Shown piece by piece: positions 18,467 through 28,414 of a DNA stretch of 64,000 nt. Every line of letters begins with the position of its first letter. Position 1 is the first letter of the stretch. The notes below the pieces were generated by a model. The model was given only the letters and a program-made list of their open reading frames with translations. It ran no database searches and was not told the origin of the DNA. The DNA is from Spirochaetia bacterium. GTDB lineage: Bacteria; Spirochaetota; Spirochaetia; UBA9216. The DNA is taken from positions 4,800,001-4,864,000 of the forward strand of contig OY776510.1 in NCBI GenBank assembly GCA_963675665.1, given 5' to 3'. The position numbers were made by a program, and so were the translations under genes.

Positions 18467-20810
18467 AGCCGCCCTTATCAAACCTTTTGATTATATTATC
18501 CTGCTGTACCGGCGACATTGCTATAAAGTAGGCTGAAAGTCCGCCCATCCTCACACGAAGGTCCCTGTGCATTTCGGGATTTTCTTTCGCATCTTTCAAA
18601 TCTTCAACGTTTGTACTTGTTACCGTAAGTATCTGCCCCCCGAGATCGCAGAAAGACTTTATAAGTCCGTTCAGCCTGTCGATGCCGGCCTCGCCTTCAA
18701 ATTCATTCGAATTGATTGCAAGATCAAGCGGACAACCGCTGTAATATTTCAACAGAATCGGTTTCGTAATACTTTTAATGACTGCTGTAGGCCCTTCAAT
18801 ATCAGCTCCAGGATTGGGAGAATAGTTCGGAGCAAGCTGGGCCCCGTTTGTTCTGCCGTCTGCGGAAGCGGCAATACCCCGTCCAAGTACGGCATAATTC
18901 TCAAATGTTCCGATACCGACCGGAAACTTCATTGTATCCTGCTTTTTATTCCAGCGGGCCACACTGTCTTCAAAATCCTTCATAACCCGGATTCCAAGAG
19001 TATCAACAAAATCAATATCATTACCGAATTTTGGAACTTCATTAATAACCCGGGCCCTCAGACGTTCAAACCCTTTCCAGTTGTTCCGTATGGCTTCTAT
19101 AAGCTCTTTAAGGCTGACCGACTTGTCTTCAAAAACCAGCTTCTTTATTACAGCAAGCGAATCTACCGTATTCGACAGGCCTGTGATAAGAATCTGATGA
19201 AAGATGAACCTTGCCCCGTCCTGGCTGAGGTCTTTTCCTTTGTCAATACAGTCGTCAACAATTGACGACATGAGAGGATCGGGTGCTATCATATATGAAA
19301 GACCGAAATTCTCAAGTCTGCGATGACATTGAAAATCTATTCTTGCATCTACCTGCTTTTTATAAGCCGCATAGAATTCTTCAAAATTTTCGAGTTTTTC
19401 CGGATCCCCTGTATCAAGTCCTTCCGCAGCATCTCTGAGCAGACTTTTCCCTCTGAAAAGCACCCATTCAAGGCACTGCAGATTCATAACATGAGCATAA
19501 CTGAAATAACTCTTTCCGGGGATGAGAGTTTCCCAGCACCCGTCGTTTGTATAATGCCTTGCATCTTCAACCGGAACCCCGATATCAACAAATCCGGGCA
19601 CTATGAAATCATCGTTATAAATCATCGGCTCGCCCTGTCCGTAACGCAGGACTTCTGCTATCTTGCGCCTGAATGATTCAGGGCAGTTTTTATGAACTCG
19701 GGCGCCCATTGTAGGCATTAAAAGCTTCATATCATGCATAATGTCAAGAATGAGATAAGAAAGCTCGTTGGTTACATCATTTCCGTCGGAATCAGTACCT
19801 CCGACTATACAATTCATCAGCCAGTCGTTGCCGGACTGCCCGTAATTAAAGTTTGCTTCAGAATCATCGTCCTCATCGTCCTGCCAGGTTAGCCCCCGCT
19901 GGTCGTAACCTCCGGTAATTGTTTTTGCCGCTGCTTCATCCGGCACATTTCCCTGTGAGAACAGCCCGAAAGTATAATGATTTTCGGCTTTACGGGTATC
20001 GGTTATTATCCTTTCGTTACATTTGACGAGAAAACTTCCGATTATATCAATCGCCTTTTCTTCGGTTATCCGGCCTTCTTCAAGATCCCTTTTAAAATAC
20101 GGATAAAGATACTGGTCGGCCCTTCCGAGCGGAACATATTCACCTCCGCTATTTACAAGGCAATAAGTGAACCAGTATGCCTGGGCTGCTTCCTGCAGAG
20201 TTTCTGATGGATTCTCAGGCACCTTTCGACAGATTGCAGCCATTTCAAGAAGCTCAGCCTTTCTAACAGGGTCTTCTTCTTCACGCGCCAAAGTTTCGGC
20301 GGCGGCCGCATGGCGATTAGCGAAAGCTACAAGCCCGTCAAGAGCAACCAGCATTGCACGGTATTCAGTCAGAGCTTCTTCGTTCGGTTCTGCAGCAGCC
20401 TTCCGGACTTCAGCAGCAGCGTTAATTTTTGCGCGCACGCTGACGACACCGTCATTAATAATTTCCCACCATTTAGGAGGATGATGTCCCCATACTGAAG
20501 CTTCATTCAGCATATACCTCGAGGCCTGAAAACCTTCCTCTTCGGTATAATAGATAGGCATTATCGTACCCCATCCGACTGAATTCTGATTGGGATTGCC
20601 GCAAATAAGCTCATCATCCTTAATAATTGCCGGAAGATGCTCGCCCATATATTTCTGGGCCATTGCCTTGCGGACTACAAGAGGTTCTTTTTCAAGCTCA
20701 CTGTTTCCATCCAGAATGTTCACATCCAGAAAATGCCAGGTGCCGGGATCATGATACTCGACATCAAACAGCCTTTTCTGAATTTTTTTTAGCCGTGAAG
20801 TAAGATCCAT
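18459..20810 (-). CDS. Glycyl radical enzyme (PFL superfamily, not PFL), substrate unknown
   Basis: 783 aa; GRADQYLYP, Cys loop DGCWE, PKFGND, ASADGR, Gly loop LRVRMGGLSAYF; activase adjacent. Confidence 0.92.
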   Translation of the reverse strand: MDLTSRLKKIQKRLFDVEYHDPGTWHFLDVNILDGNSELEKEPLVVRKAMAQKYMGEHLPAIIKDDELICGNPNQNSVGWGTIMPIYYTEEEGFQASRYMLNEASVWGHHPPKWWEIINDGVVSVRAKINAAAEVRKAAAEPNEEALTEYRAMLVALDGLVAFANRHAAAAETLAREEEDPVRKAELLEMAAICRKVPENPSETLQEAAQAYWFTYCLVNSGGEYVPLGRADQYLYPYFKRDLEEGRITEEKAIDIIGSFLVKCNERIITDTRKAENHYTFGLFSQGNVPDEAAAKTITGGYDQRGLTWQDDEDDDSEANFNYGQSGNDWLMNCIVGGTDSDGNDVTNELSYLILDIMHDMKLLMPTMGARVHKNCPESFRRKIAEVLRYGQGEPMIYNDDFIVPGFVDIGVPVEDARHYTNDGCWETLIPGKSYFSYAHVMNLQCLEWVLFRGKSLLRDAAEGLDTGDPEKLENFEEFYAAYKKQVDARIDFQCHRRLENFGLSYMIAPDPLMSSIVDDCIDKGKDLSQDGARFIFHQILITGLSNTVDSLAVIKKLVFEDKSVSLKELIEAIRNNWKGFERLRARVINEVPKFGNDIDFVDTLGIRVMKDFEDSVARWNKKQDTMKFPVGIGTFENYAVLGRGIAASADGRTNGAQLAPNYSPNPGADIEGPTAVIKSITKPILLKYYSGCPLDLAINSNEFEGEAGIDRLNGLIKSFCDLGGQILTVTSTNVEDLKDAKENPEMHRDLRVRMGGLSAYFIAMSPVQQDNIIKRFDKGGCV

Positions 20811-20831
20811 TGTTACCTCCTTGGAATTCAG

Positions 20832-21803
20832 CTATTTAATCGATAAATGCCGGCTTGACCGATCGACAGTCAGATAAACCGCAAGAATCACTATAAAGCC
20901 GAAAACAACCTGCTGCCAAAAAGTATCGACACCTACAACCTGCATACCGTTATTGATTATGGTAACAACTGCCACGCCTATAATGGTTCCAAGCACACCG
21001 CCCTTTCCGCCTGACAACGCTGTGCCTCCCAAAGCAACAGCGGCAACAGCCATCAGAGTGAACGGTTCACCTACTGTCGGGATCCCGCTTTTGAGTTTGG
21101 CTGAAAGAAGGATTCCCATACCCGCACTTCCGATACCGCATACAGTAAAAACCATCATTTTTGTAAAGTTAATCCTGACGCCCGCCATTCTTGCACCGCG
21201 CTCATTTGCCCCGATTGCATAGATGTATTTACCCAGCTTTGAGTAATTCAGCAGAATGTAACATATTGCAACAATGCTCAGAGCAACAATCAGCACAAGC
21301 GGGAAGAATCCGAATTTAATTTTCGACCAGTTTATAAAATTCCAGAGTTTCAGGTTTATCTGGACCGGTGCGCCGTGCGAGATAACATAGGCAACCGACT
21401 GCCAGACAGACATCGCGCCGAGAGTTGCGATAAACGACGGAATCTTTACCCTTGTATACACTATTCCGTTGATAAGCCCTGCGACAACTCCGAAGGCTAA
21501 TGCCCATAGATATGCCATTGCACCCCAGTGCGGCAGCGTAATTGCGAAAATGACGGAGGCACATGATGCTATGGAACCGATAGAAAGATCTATAGACCCG
21601 ATGAGCAGTACCATGGTTACACCGCAACCCATTACCAGCAGCGGCCCCATATCAGTAAGCAAATTCTTGATATTGAATAAACTTAAAAAGTTTTTATTAA
21701 TAATGGTGAATACTGCAACCAGAATAATTATCGCAAACAACGAAATATAATCCATGAAATTTTTACGTATTGCACCCTCTTTCTGAAACGCCTTTATCAT
21801 CAA
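20832..21803 (-). CDS. Sugar ABC transporter permease
   Basis: GSIDLSIG, PSFIATLG, AIGANE, GGTALSGGKG. Confidence 0.92.
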   Translation of the reverse strand: MMIKAFQKEGAIRKNFMDYISLFAIIILVAVFTIINKNFLSLFNIKNLLTDMGPLLVMGCGVTMVLLIGSIDLSIGSIASCASVIFAITLPHWGAMAYLWALAFGVVAGLINGIVYTRVKIPSFIATLGAMSVWQSVAYVISHGAPVQINLKLWNFINWSKIKFGFFPLVLIVALSIVAICYILLNYSKLGKYIYAIGANERGARMAGVRINFTKMMVFTVCGIGSAGMGILLSAKLKSGIPTVGEPFTLMAVAAVALGGTALSGGKGGVLGTIIGVAVVTIINNGMQVVGVDTFWQQVVFGFIVILAVYLTVDRSSRHLSIK

Positions 21804-21811
21804 CAGGCCTC

Positions 21812-23338
21812 CTACATCATGTGCTTGATGATATCAAGCTGCTCAGGTTTATTATTCTTTGAGGCATCGATTTCCTGAGTAATCACACCATCTTTCATGA
21901 CAATTATTCTATTGCTCAGCCCGATTGATTCATCAAGCGTATCTCCAAGCAGAATAACTGACAGCCCCCTGTTCGCCATTTCTCTTATCAGTTCGTAAAT
22001 TTCCTCTTTTGCACCTACATCAACACCACGCGTCGGGTGATTAAGGATCAGAACCTTGCTGTCGGAGGCCAGCATTCTCGCAAATACAATCTTCTGTGCA
22101 TTTCCGCCCGAAAGCGAACTGACTTCTTCATTATAATCAGTACATTTAACATTAAGGGTATCTATCCAATGCTGTGAAATTTCCTGCTGTTTCTTTTTGG
22201 AAATAAGCAGTCCGCTCTTCGCTGCGTCAAGGTTTGCAATTGTAATATTTTCAAGGATGCTGAGAAGTCCGAGAATCCCCTCTTCTCTCCGCTCTTTCGG
22301 TACCGAAAGTATCCCTTTCTTCAGCGCATCATGCGGTTCGGAAAATTTTACATCCTTTCCTTCAAATTTTATTCTTCCTCTCGACGGAGCAATGTCTCCT
22401 GAAAGTATTGAACATACATCCTCTTTTCCGGATCCTACAACACCACAGAAACCCAGAATTTCGCCTTTATGCAGTTTAAATGAAACGTCCTTGAATCTTC
22501 CTGTAAGCCCGATATTATCGACTTCCAGAACAACATCTTCCTGAGGATCCGACTGATCGGCGATCTTAAAGTACTCACCGGTACTGGAGCGTCCTACCAT
22601 CAGCTCATACAGCTTGTTCTCCGTCACATCATCTCTTTCAAGCTCGCCTACCCTGTAACCGTCCTTGAATACATAAACACGGTCCGATATCTCCATAATT
22701 TCATCAAGACGATGAGAAACAAATATTATTGAGTGCCCCTCATTCTTCAGTTTTCTGATCTCGGTAAAAAGCGTCTGGATTTCAGCATCACTCAATACAG
22801 AAGTCGGTTCATCAAGCAGAATGAGTGAATTTTCCTCACTGCTGGCCCTTGCCGCATTCAGAACCTTTGATATTTCAACCATCTGCCTGCGGGCAAAGTT
22901 AAGGTCCTTAATCTTGGTTTCGGGTTTGATATTAGTGATACCTACATCGCCGAGAACCTTGGAGGCTTTCTGATACATTGCCCTCCAGTTTACAAATCCG
23001 CCTTTCAGAAACTTTTTTTCTTCACCAAAGAAGATATTCTGCCCGACAGTAAGGTTGGATACAAGCGACTGTTCCTGAAAAACCATACCCACGCCCATTT
23101 TATTACCTTCACGAGGTTTTTTTGGAGCGTATTTACGACCGCGCATCTCCATTGAACCGTTTGAAGGCGGCTGAACACCAATAAGGATTTTAAGAAGCGT
23201 AGATTTACCGGCGCCGTTCTCTCCGACAAGCCCCACGATCTCTCCCTTTTTAATGTCCATCGATACACCCTGAAGCGCTTTGGTACCGGGGAAAAATTTC
23301 GAAACATTATTTACTTTAAATAGTACATTATCCGACAT
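21812..23338 (-). CDS. Sugar ABC transporter ATP-binding protein
   Basis: GENGAGKST, LDEPT, LSGGNAQK, HPTRGVDVGAK. Confidence 0.92.
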   Translation of the reverse strand: MSDNVLFKVNNVSKFFPGTKALQGVSMDIKKGEIVGLVGENGAGKSTLLKILIGVQPPSNGSMEMRGRKYAPKKPREGNKMGVGMVFQEQSLVSNLTVGQNIFFGEEKKFLKGGFVNWRAMYQKASKVLGDVGITNIKPETKIKDLNFARRQMVEISKVLNAARASSEENSLILLDEPTSVLSDAEIQTLFTEIRKLKNEGHSIIFVSHRLDEIMEISDRVYVFKDGYRVGELERDDVTENKLYELMVGRSSTGEYFKIADQSDPQEDVVLEVDNIGLTGRFKDVSFKLHKGEILGFCGVVGSGKEDVCSILSGDIAPSRGRIKFEGKDVKFSEPHDALKKGILSVPKERREEGILGLLSILENITIANLDAAKSGLLISKKKQQEISQHWIDTLNVKCTDYNEEVSSLSGGNAQKIVFARMLASDSKVLILNHPTRGVDVGAKEEIYELIREMANRGLSVILLGDTLDESIGLSNRIIVMKDGVITQEIDASKNNKPEQLDIIKHMM

Positions 23339-23347
23339 ATCTTCCCC

Positions 23348-24358
23348 CTATTTCATTATTGTTCCGCGACCCCGGGTTACGGAGAGAGAAACAGCGATTA
23401 TAATTATTATCCCCTGAATAGCCGCCTGAAAATACGGATCAACTCCCATCAGGACCAGTCCGTTCTGCAGTACCGTTACTATCAGGGCACCAAGCAGCGT
23501 ATTCATTACACCGCCTTTACCGCCCGACAAGGCCGTTCCGCCAACAACAATTGCAGTCATAACCGGAAAAAGGTTTCCTTTGCCGACCAGAACCGTTCCG
23601 CGGCCCAGTCTTGCGGAACCTATGATTCCGCCGAGACCTATGCACAACCCTGACCATGTAAAAGCAAGAATTTTAACTCTGTCTACATTTATACCAGCCT
23701 GACGCGGAATCGATTCATCATCACCAATGGCATAAACATAGCGTCCGAAAGGAGTGTATTCCTGTAAAATATATGCAATTATAAATACCACAAATGCTAT
23801 CCATGTCAGAATGGGAATTCCGAGAAATTTATTCAACGCAATCCCTCTGAACATACTATCCTGAATTGTAGCAGGTATTCCGCTGTAAGTAATAAGCGCA
23901 ATGCCGGCCGCAACACTGGACATGCCGAATGACACCATAAAGGAAGGGATTTTTGCCTTCACCTGGATAAAACCTGTAACAAATCCGGCGGCTGCTCCTA
24001 TCAGGACAGTTATCACTATTCCCATCAACCCAAGATCCATTGCAGTTTTTGTATTTGCTACAAGAAGACTGACGACAGCCGCTGTCAGCCCCATGACCCC
24101 GTCTACCGATAAATCAATACTTCCCATCAGAACAACAAAAGTAACCCCAAGCGAAACTATCAGCGGTACTGAAAGCTGAGCCAGTATTGTTATAAAATTT
24201 GTACCGGATATAAAATCTTTATTTAAAATACCAAAAATACCGATTATTACGAGCAGTACAATAATCGGTGCTATCTGGGTAACTCTGTTACGCTGATTTT
24301 CGCGTTTTACCCTTGCCGCAAACTCTTCAGCTATCGACAAATCAGTAGCATTACTCAT
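23348..24358 (-). CDS. Sugar ABC transporter permease
   Basis: GSIDLS, IPSF, GGTALSGGKG. Confidence 0.92.
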   Translation of the reverse strand: MSNATDLSIAEEFAARVKRENQRNRVTQIAPIIVLLVIIGIFGILNKDFISGTNFITILAQLSVPLIVSLGVTFVVLMGSIDLSVDGVMGLTAAVVSLLVANTKTAMDLGLMGIVITVLIGAAAGFVTGFIQVKAKIPSFMVSFGMSSVAAGIALITYSGIPATIQDSMFRGIALNKFLGIPILTWIAFVVFIIAYILQEYTPFGRYVYAIGDDESIPRQAGINVDRVKILAFTWSGLCIGLGGIIGSARLGRGTVLVGKGNLFPVMTAIVVGGTALSGGKGGVMNTLLGALIVTVLQNGLVLMGVDPYFQAAIQGIIIIIAVSLSVTRGRGTIMK

Positions 24359-24383
24359 TTTTTAGAACCTCCATAAAAACTGT

Positions 24384-24413
24384 TGAACAGGCCCCGTTTC
24401 CGGGACCTGTTCA
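24384..24413 (-). terminator. Stem-loop downstream of SBP gene
   Basis: TGAACAGGCCCCG-TTTC-CGGGACCTGTTCA. Confidence 0.55.
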
Positions 24414-24419
24414 GAGATG

Positions 24420-25481
24420 CTATTCCATAGCCTTGTAAATGATTGACCAGTAATCTTCAAAGTCGAATGTTGGCCGACCTTCGATATAACCGGCTACATA
24501 ATCGTCAATATTTTCGGTGCTGACCAGCAGACCTGCAGTATTGAACATCATCTGTTCTTCAGTCATCTTTGTTGTATCAATGTAACCCTTGTATGCAGCA
24601 TAAGGAAGTGCAAGACCGAATCCGCCCTGAAGCCATGGATTAACAGAAACTGTTGCAACCATATCGCCGTTCTGGATGGCTGTAATTGCGTCAGCAATAC
24701 CGTCAACTCCGGCTACAGCTACTTTACCATTGAGCCCTTTTGCTCTAAGCGCTTCTACAACTGCAAGAGCCATACTGTCGTTCGCAACCCAGATACCGTC
24801 GATATCGCCGTAGGTTGAAAGCCATGTTTCAGTAATTTCAAGAGCTTTTGCGGGGTTCCAGTCGCCGGCCTGATCATCAATCAGTTCTACACCGGGGTAT
24901 TCGCTGAGAGCTTTCTGAAGGCCTTTAAATCTGTTTATTGCAGCAGAGTTTGCAAGCATTCCCTGGATAGCAAGAATCTTGCCCTTGCCGGGAGTTTTAA
25001 AGCTGTCGAACATAGCTACAGCAATGTCATGACCCGATTTCTGATCATCCGGAGACATGTGAAATACATAGTGTGGATAGTCTCTCGGGTGCAGGCCTTC
25101 TGCGGTGCTCCATACTGTCATCCAGTAAACACCTGCTTCTTCACATATTTCTGCAATTGCTGCAGCGTTAGGTGCATTATTCGGGTCTACATAGAGGATG
25201 GTATCTTTTCCACCTCTTGCAATTGCAGCTTTGATGTTGTTAAGCTCTTTTTCGTCGCTACCATCGCTGACAAGAAGCTGGACATCAATTGTATCCTCGT
25301 CTACTGAATCAGCAAACATCTTGGCGCCCTCTTCAACAGAGAGGTAATACGGATTAGACAGACTTCGGATTGATACTCCGGCAAGTACGGTCTTCGGTCC
25401 TGTCTCCTGCTGCCCTCCGGCAAATACAGGTGCTGCCAGTACTGCGAGTACGATTAATGCAGCAATTACCATCTTTTTCAT
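24420..25481 (-). CDS. Sugar ABC substrate-binding protein
   Basis: VFAGGQQE; SNPYY, RFKG, ANDSMA, GVDG. Confidence 0.9.
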   Translation of the reverse strand: MKKMVIAALIVLAVLAAPVFAGGQQETGPKTVLAGVSIRSLSNPYYLSVEEGAKMFADSVDEDTIDVQLLVSDGSDEKELNNIKAAIARGGKDTILYVDPNNAPNAAAIAEICEEAGVYWMTVWSTAEGLHPRDYPHYVFHMSPDDQKSGHDIAVAMFDSFKTPGKGKILAIQGMLANSAAINRFKGLQKALSEYPGVELIDDQAGDWNPAKALEITETWLSTYGDIDGIWVANDSMALAVVEALRAKGLNGKVAVAGVDGIADAITAIQNGDMVATVSVNPWLQGGFGLALPYAAYKGYIDTTKMTEEQMMFNTAGLLVSTENIDDYVAGYIEGRPTFDFEDYWSIIYKAME

Positions 25482-25493
25482 AAATTCCTCCGA

Positions 25494-26516
25494 TTAAGAT
25501 ATTTGTATAACAGGCTTTATAAGCCTGGTATCACCATTGACAAGTTCTGAAAAAACTTGAGGGCATTCATCAAGAGTATGAATGCTTACTACACCTTCAG
25601 TATTAATATGTCCGCCCGAAAGAAGGTTTATTGCTCCTTCAAAATCAACAGGTTCATAAACCCTTGTTCCCCTGATAGTCAGTTCTGCAAAATTCGCTCT
25701 GCGAAGATCAACATTCGTCTCCCCTTTTGCAATGCCTACCTGAACAACCGTTCCGCGAACCCTGGTATTGTCTATTGCAGACTGGTACCCGGTATTTGAC
25801 CCTGAAACTTCAAAAGAAAGATCCGGGCCGTTGCCGTTAAAAAAATCCTTAACTGCAGCAGGGAAATCAGTATCAACAGGAGAGACAACATTAATCCCGT
25901 GCTTTTTTAACAACTCCAGGCGGGCTTCGTTTATCTCCGATACCAGCAGCCTGTTAACACCGGAGGATTTAAGAACTTCAGACAACAGAATCCCGATGGG
26001 ACCGCCGCCGATAATAAAAACATTATCGCCGGGCTTGTACCCGGAAAATCTGATATCATGCAGAGCTACTGCACAGGGTTCAACAATACCGCCGAGCAGC
26101 CGCGGCATTTCTTCCGGCAGCATGTGAAGTTTTTGCTCATTCACGACTGCATACTCGGTAAAACCGCCATGAGTATCTACGCCAAGCAGCCTGAGACTGC
26201 TGCATACATGAGGAAACCCGTTACGACAGGCATAACATTTTCCGCAGGACAGAAGTGCATCAGCGGCTACAAAATCCCCTTTCGAGAACCTCGTCACATC
26301 TTCGCCGGCTTCTTCTATTACTCCGCAGAATTCATGTCCGAGGACCATCGGCGGAACTGAACGGTTTTCGTCAAACTTACCCTTGTAGATAGCAAGATCG
26401 GTTCCGCAAATACCGGAAGAAACTATTTTCAGAAGAACTTCGTCTTTTTTGTATTCTGGTACCGGGATTTCACCAATCGTCATTTCTCCGGCTCCGGTCC
26501 ATATGGCAGCTTTCAT
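25494..26516 (-). CDS. Zn-dependent polyol/sugar-acid dehydrogenase (MDR), copy 1
   Basis: GICGTD, GHE, CGKCYAC...C, GGGPIG. Confidence 0.9.
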   Translation of the reverse strand: MKAAIWTGAGEMTIGEIPVPEYKKDEVLLKIVSSGICGTDLAIYKGKFDENRSVPPMVLGHEFCGVIEEAGEDVTRFSKGDFVAADALLSCGKCYACRNGFPHVCSSLRLLGVDTHGGFTEYAVVNEQKLHMLPEEMPRLLGGIVEPCAVALHDIRFSGYKPGDNVFIIGGGPIGILLSEVLKSSGVNRLLVSEINEARLELLKKHGINVVSPVDTDFPAAVKDFFNGNGPDLSFEVSGSNTGYQSAIDNTRVRGTVVQVGIAKGETNVDLRRANFAELTIRGTRVYEPVDFEGAINLLSGGHINTEGVVSIHTLDECPQVFSELVNGDTRLIKPVIQIS

Positions 26517-26550
26517 TAAATCCTCATATATTCAAAATAAATTGAAATAT

Positions 26551-26686
26551 TTCTTGTATTATATTTATTATATTGTATACTTTATAACTGAGTTGTCAAG
26601 CTTTTTTGACATTAATTTATTTAGTGAGCAATTGTGTGTAATTTTTATACAGCCTTGACAGAAATACTGTATATTTTATATAAAAT
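26551..26686. promoter_or_regulatory. Divergent sigma70 promoters with candidate GntR operators
   Basis: Minus: TTGACA (26594-26599)-N16-TACAAT; plus: TTGACA at 26655; motifs ATTGTATACTTTATA (26572) and ACTGTATATTTTATA (26666). Confidence 0.55.
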
Positions 26687-26720
26687 AACAGGATATCCGA
26701 ATTAGTAATGGAGATATATT

Positions 26721-27386
26721 ATGGATAGTCATGCGATCTTTTCCGAAAACATTCAAACCCGAACTCTTCCTGATCAGATCTATGACTACATTAAAAGCAT
26801 GATAATGAATCTCGAGCTAAAGCCCGGCGATAAAATTCCTGAAGATAAAATAGCTGAAAACCTGGGAGTCAGCAGAACGCCTATTCGAGAGGCTATCCGA
26901 AAACTTCAGCAGTACGGTATTGTTGAAGTAGTTCCCAGACGATTTGCAAAAGTAGTTGAAATAGATATGAGGGCAAAACATAATCTTGGAGAAATAAGGA
27001 TCGCCATAGATAAAATATCAGTAAGACGCCTGGCCGAAATTGCAACCGAAGAGCATTGCGATGCTCTGAGAATGATTGCGGATAATTGCGTCAATCTGGC
27101 TGAAACCGGTAACAGGGTTGAGCTTTTCGAATGCGATTCGGATCTTCATATTGCAATAGCAGTTATGTCGGGGAACCCATATCTTGAAGATATAGTCAGA
27201 AGCCTCAATGCCAAAGTACAACTTCTTTTGGCCAATTCATATCATGGTATTAAATATTCAAGAAACGAACAGTTTTCACATTATAAAATAATAGAAAGCA
27301 TCAGGGCTCACGATGTTGAAAATGCTGTGGAACTTGCCGAAAAACACCTGAGAAAATTCTACTTCGCAGATGATCCAATGCTATAA
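26721..27386 (+). CDS. GntR family (FCD) transcriptional regulator
   Basis: LGVSRTPIREAI; DSDLH, SGNPYL. Confidence 0.92.
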   Translation: MDSHAIFSENIQTRTLPDQIYDYIKSMIMNLELKPGDKIPEDKIAENLGVSRTPIREAIRKLQQYGIVEVVPRRFAKVVEIDMRAKHNLGEIRIAIDKISVRRLAEIATEEHCDALRMIADNCVNLAETGNRVELFECDSDLHIAIAVMSGNPYLEDIVRSLNAKVQLLLANSYHGIKYSRNEQFSHYKIIESIRAHDVENAVELAEKHLRKFYFADDPML

Positions 27387-27393
27387 TAACTGC

Positions 27394-28380
27394 ATGAATA
27401 ATATTACCGACAGAGTTATGAAAGCCATGCTCACTATGCAACGCTTTCCGTGGGAACAGGGCGCAGCTTCCCAGGCTGCACTTGAAATCGGAGATATTAC
27501 CACAGCGAAGCTGCTGGCACGCGACGCCGTCTTAAGGCAGTCACGTGACGGGCGCCTTGGCACAGCGTTCTACCGTGATGACATTGCTATTTTCGGCGAC
27601 GATATAACTGTGACTGATTCTTCAGCAAACGGTGAAGCCGTACAGTTTTTTGCCGATAAAGACGGCGATAAAGTTTTCCGTTCTGCCGCCGAACTGCAAC
27701 TCAGCTGGCTGACTGAACGTGCGCCAAAAACAAAATGCGGCGTACTCTGCCATGTAACAAATAATAAACAGGTTTGGGTAGATTCAATCTTTATGGCGCT
27801 GCCGTTTATGGTGCTTATGGGTGCATTCCGCGAGGCTGAACAGCAGCTTGATGGATTCTACCGTATTCTTAACGATTCCGAAACCGGGCTGCTGTCGCAC
27901 ATCTGGGATGAAGCAACCGGCGACTTCGCCTGCAGGGATTTCTGGGGGGTCGGAAACGGATGGGCCGCCGCCGGAATGGCCAAGATCATCCGATTTCTGC
28001 CGGATTCCGAAGCTTCATTCAGAGAGAAAACTATTGAACGAACAACCGGTCTTATCGACTCCGTACTGAGATATAAAAATAGCCAAAATCTCTTTAATAA
28101 CGTTATAGACCGGCCTGACAGTTTTATAGAAGTCAATCTGGCGCAGATGATATGCTACACAATATTCTCAGGAGTATCCGGGGACTGGCTTGATGCAGCC
28201 TATGCCGATGAAGCGCTGAAAATCAGAACTGCCGTGCTTGCCAACGTTGACGAGCTTGGACTTGTTCATAATATCTGCGGGTCACCGACATTTGCCGAAC
28301 CCGGAACCGCTGTTGAAGGTCAGGCGTTTTTCATCCTGATGGAAGCTGCTTACAGGAAGTATAAGCAGCACAATATATGA
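27394..28380 (+). CDS. Unsaturated uronyl hydrolase (GH105/GH88-like)
   Basis: WEQG, VWVDSIFM, GLLSH.W, WGVGNGW; start uncertain (27370 or 27394). Confidence 0.8.
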   Translation: MNNITDRVMKAMLTMQRFPWEQGAASQAALEIGDITTAKLLARDAVLRQSRDGRLGTAFYRDDIAIFGDDITVTDSSANGEAVQFFADKDGDKVFRSAAELQLSWLTERAPKTKCGVLCHVTNNKQVWVDSIFMALPFMVLMGAFREAEQQLDGFYRILNDSETGLLSHIWDEATGDFACRDFWGVGNGWAAAGMAKIIRFLPDSEASFREKTIERTTGLIDSVLRYKNSQNLFNNVIDRPDSFIEVNLAQMICYTIFSGVSGDWLDAAYADEALKIRTAVLANVDELGLVHNICGSPTFAEPGTAVEGQAFFILMEAAYRKYKQHNI

Positions 28381-28414
28381 GAACCAGGTCAAAGAACGTA
28401 ATTCACCGGGGTTA

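Noticed and set aside
18567-19265. 232-aa plus-strand ORF
   Set aside because: Antisense shadow of the GRE gene
18459-20810. Calling the GRE pyruvate formate-lyase or a microcompartment (GRM) enzyme
   Set aside because: Lacks the adjacent Cys-Cys of PFL, the activase has a ferredoxin insert unlike PflA, and no shell-protein genes are present
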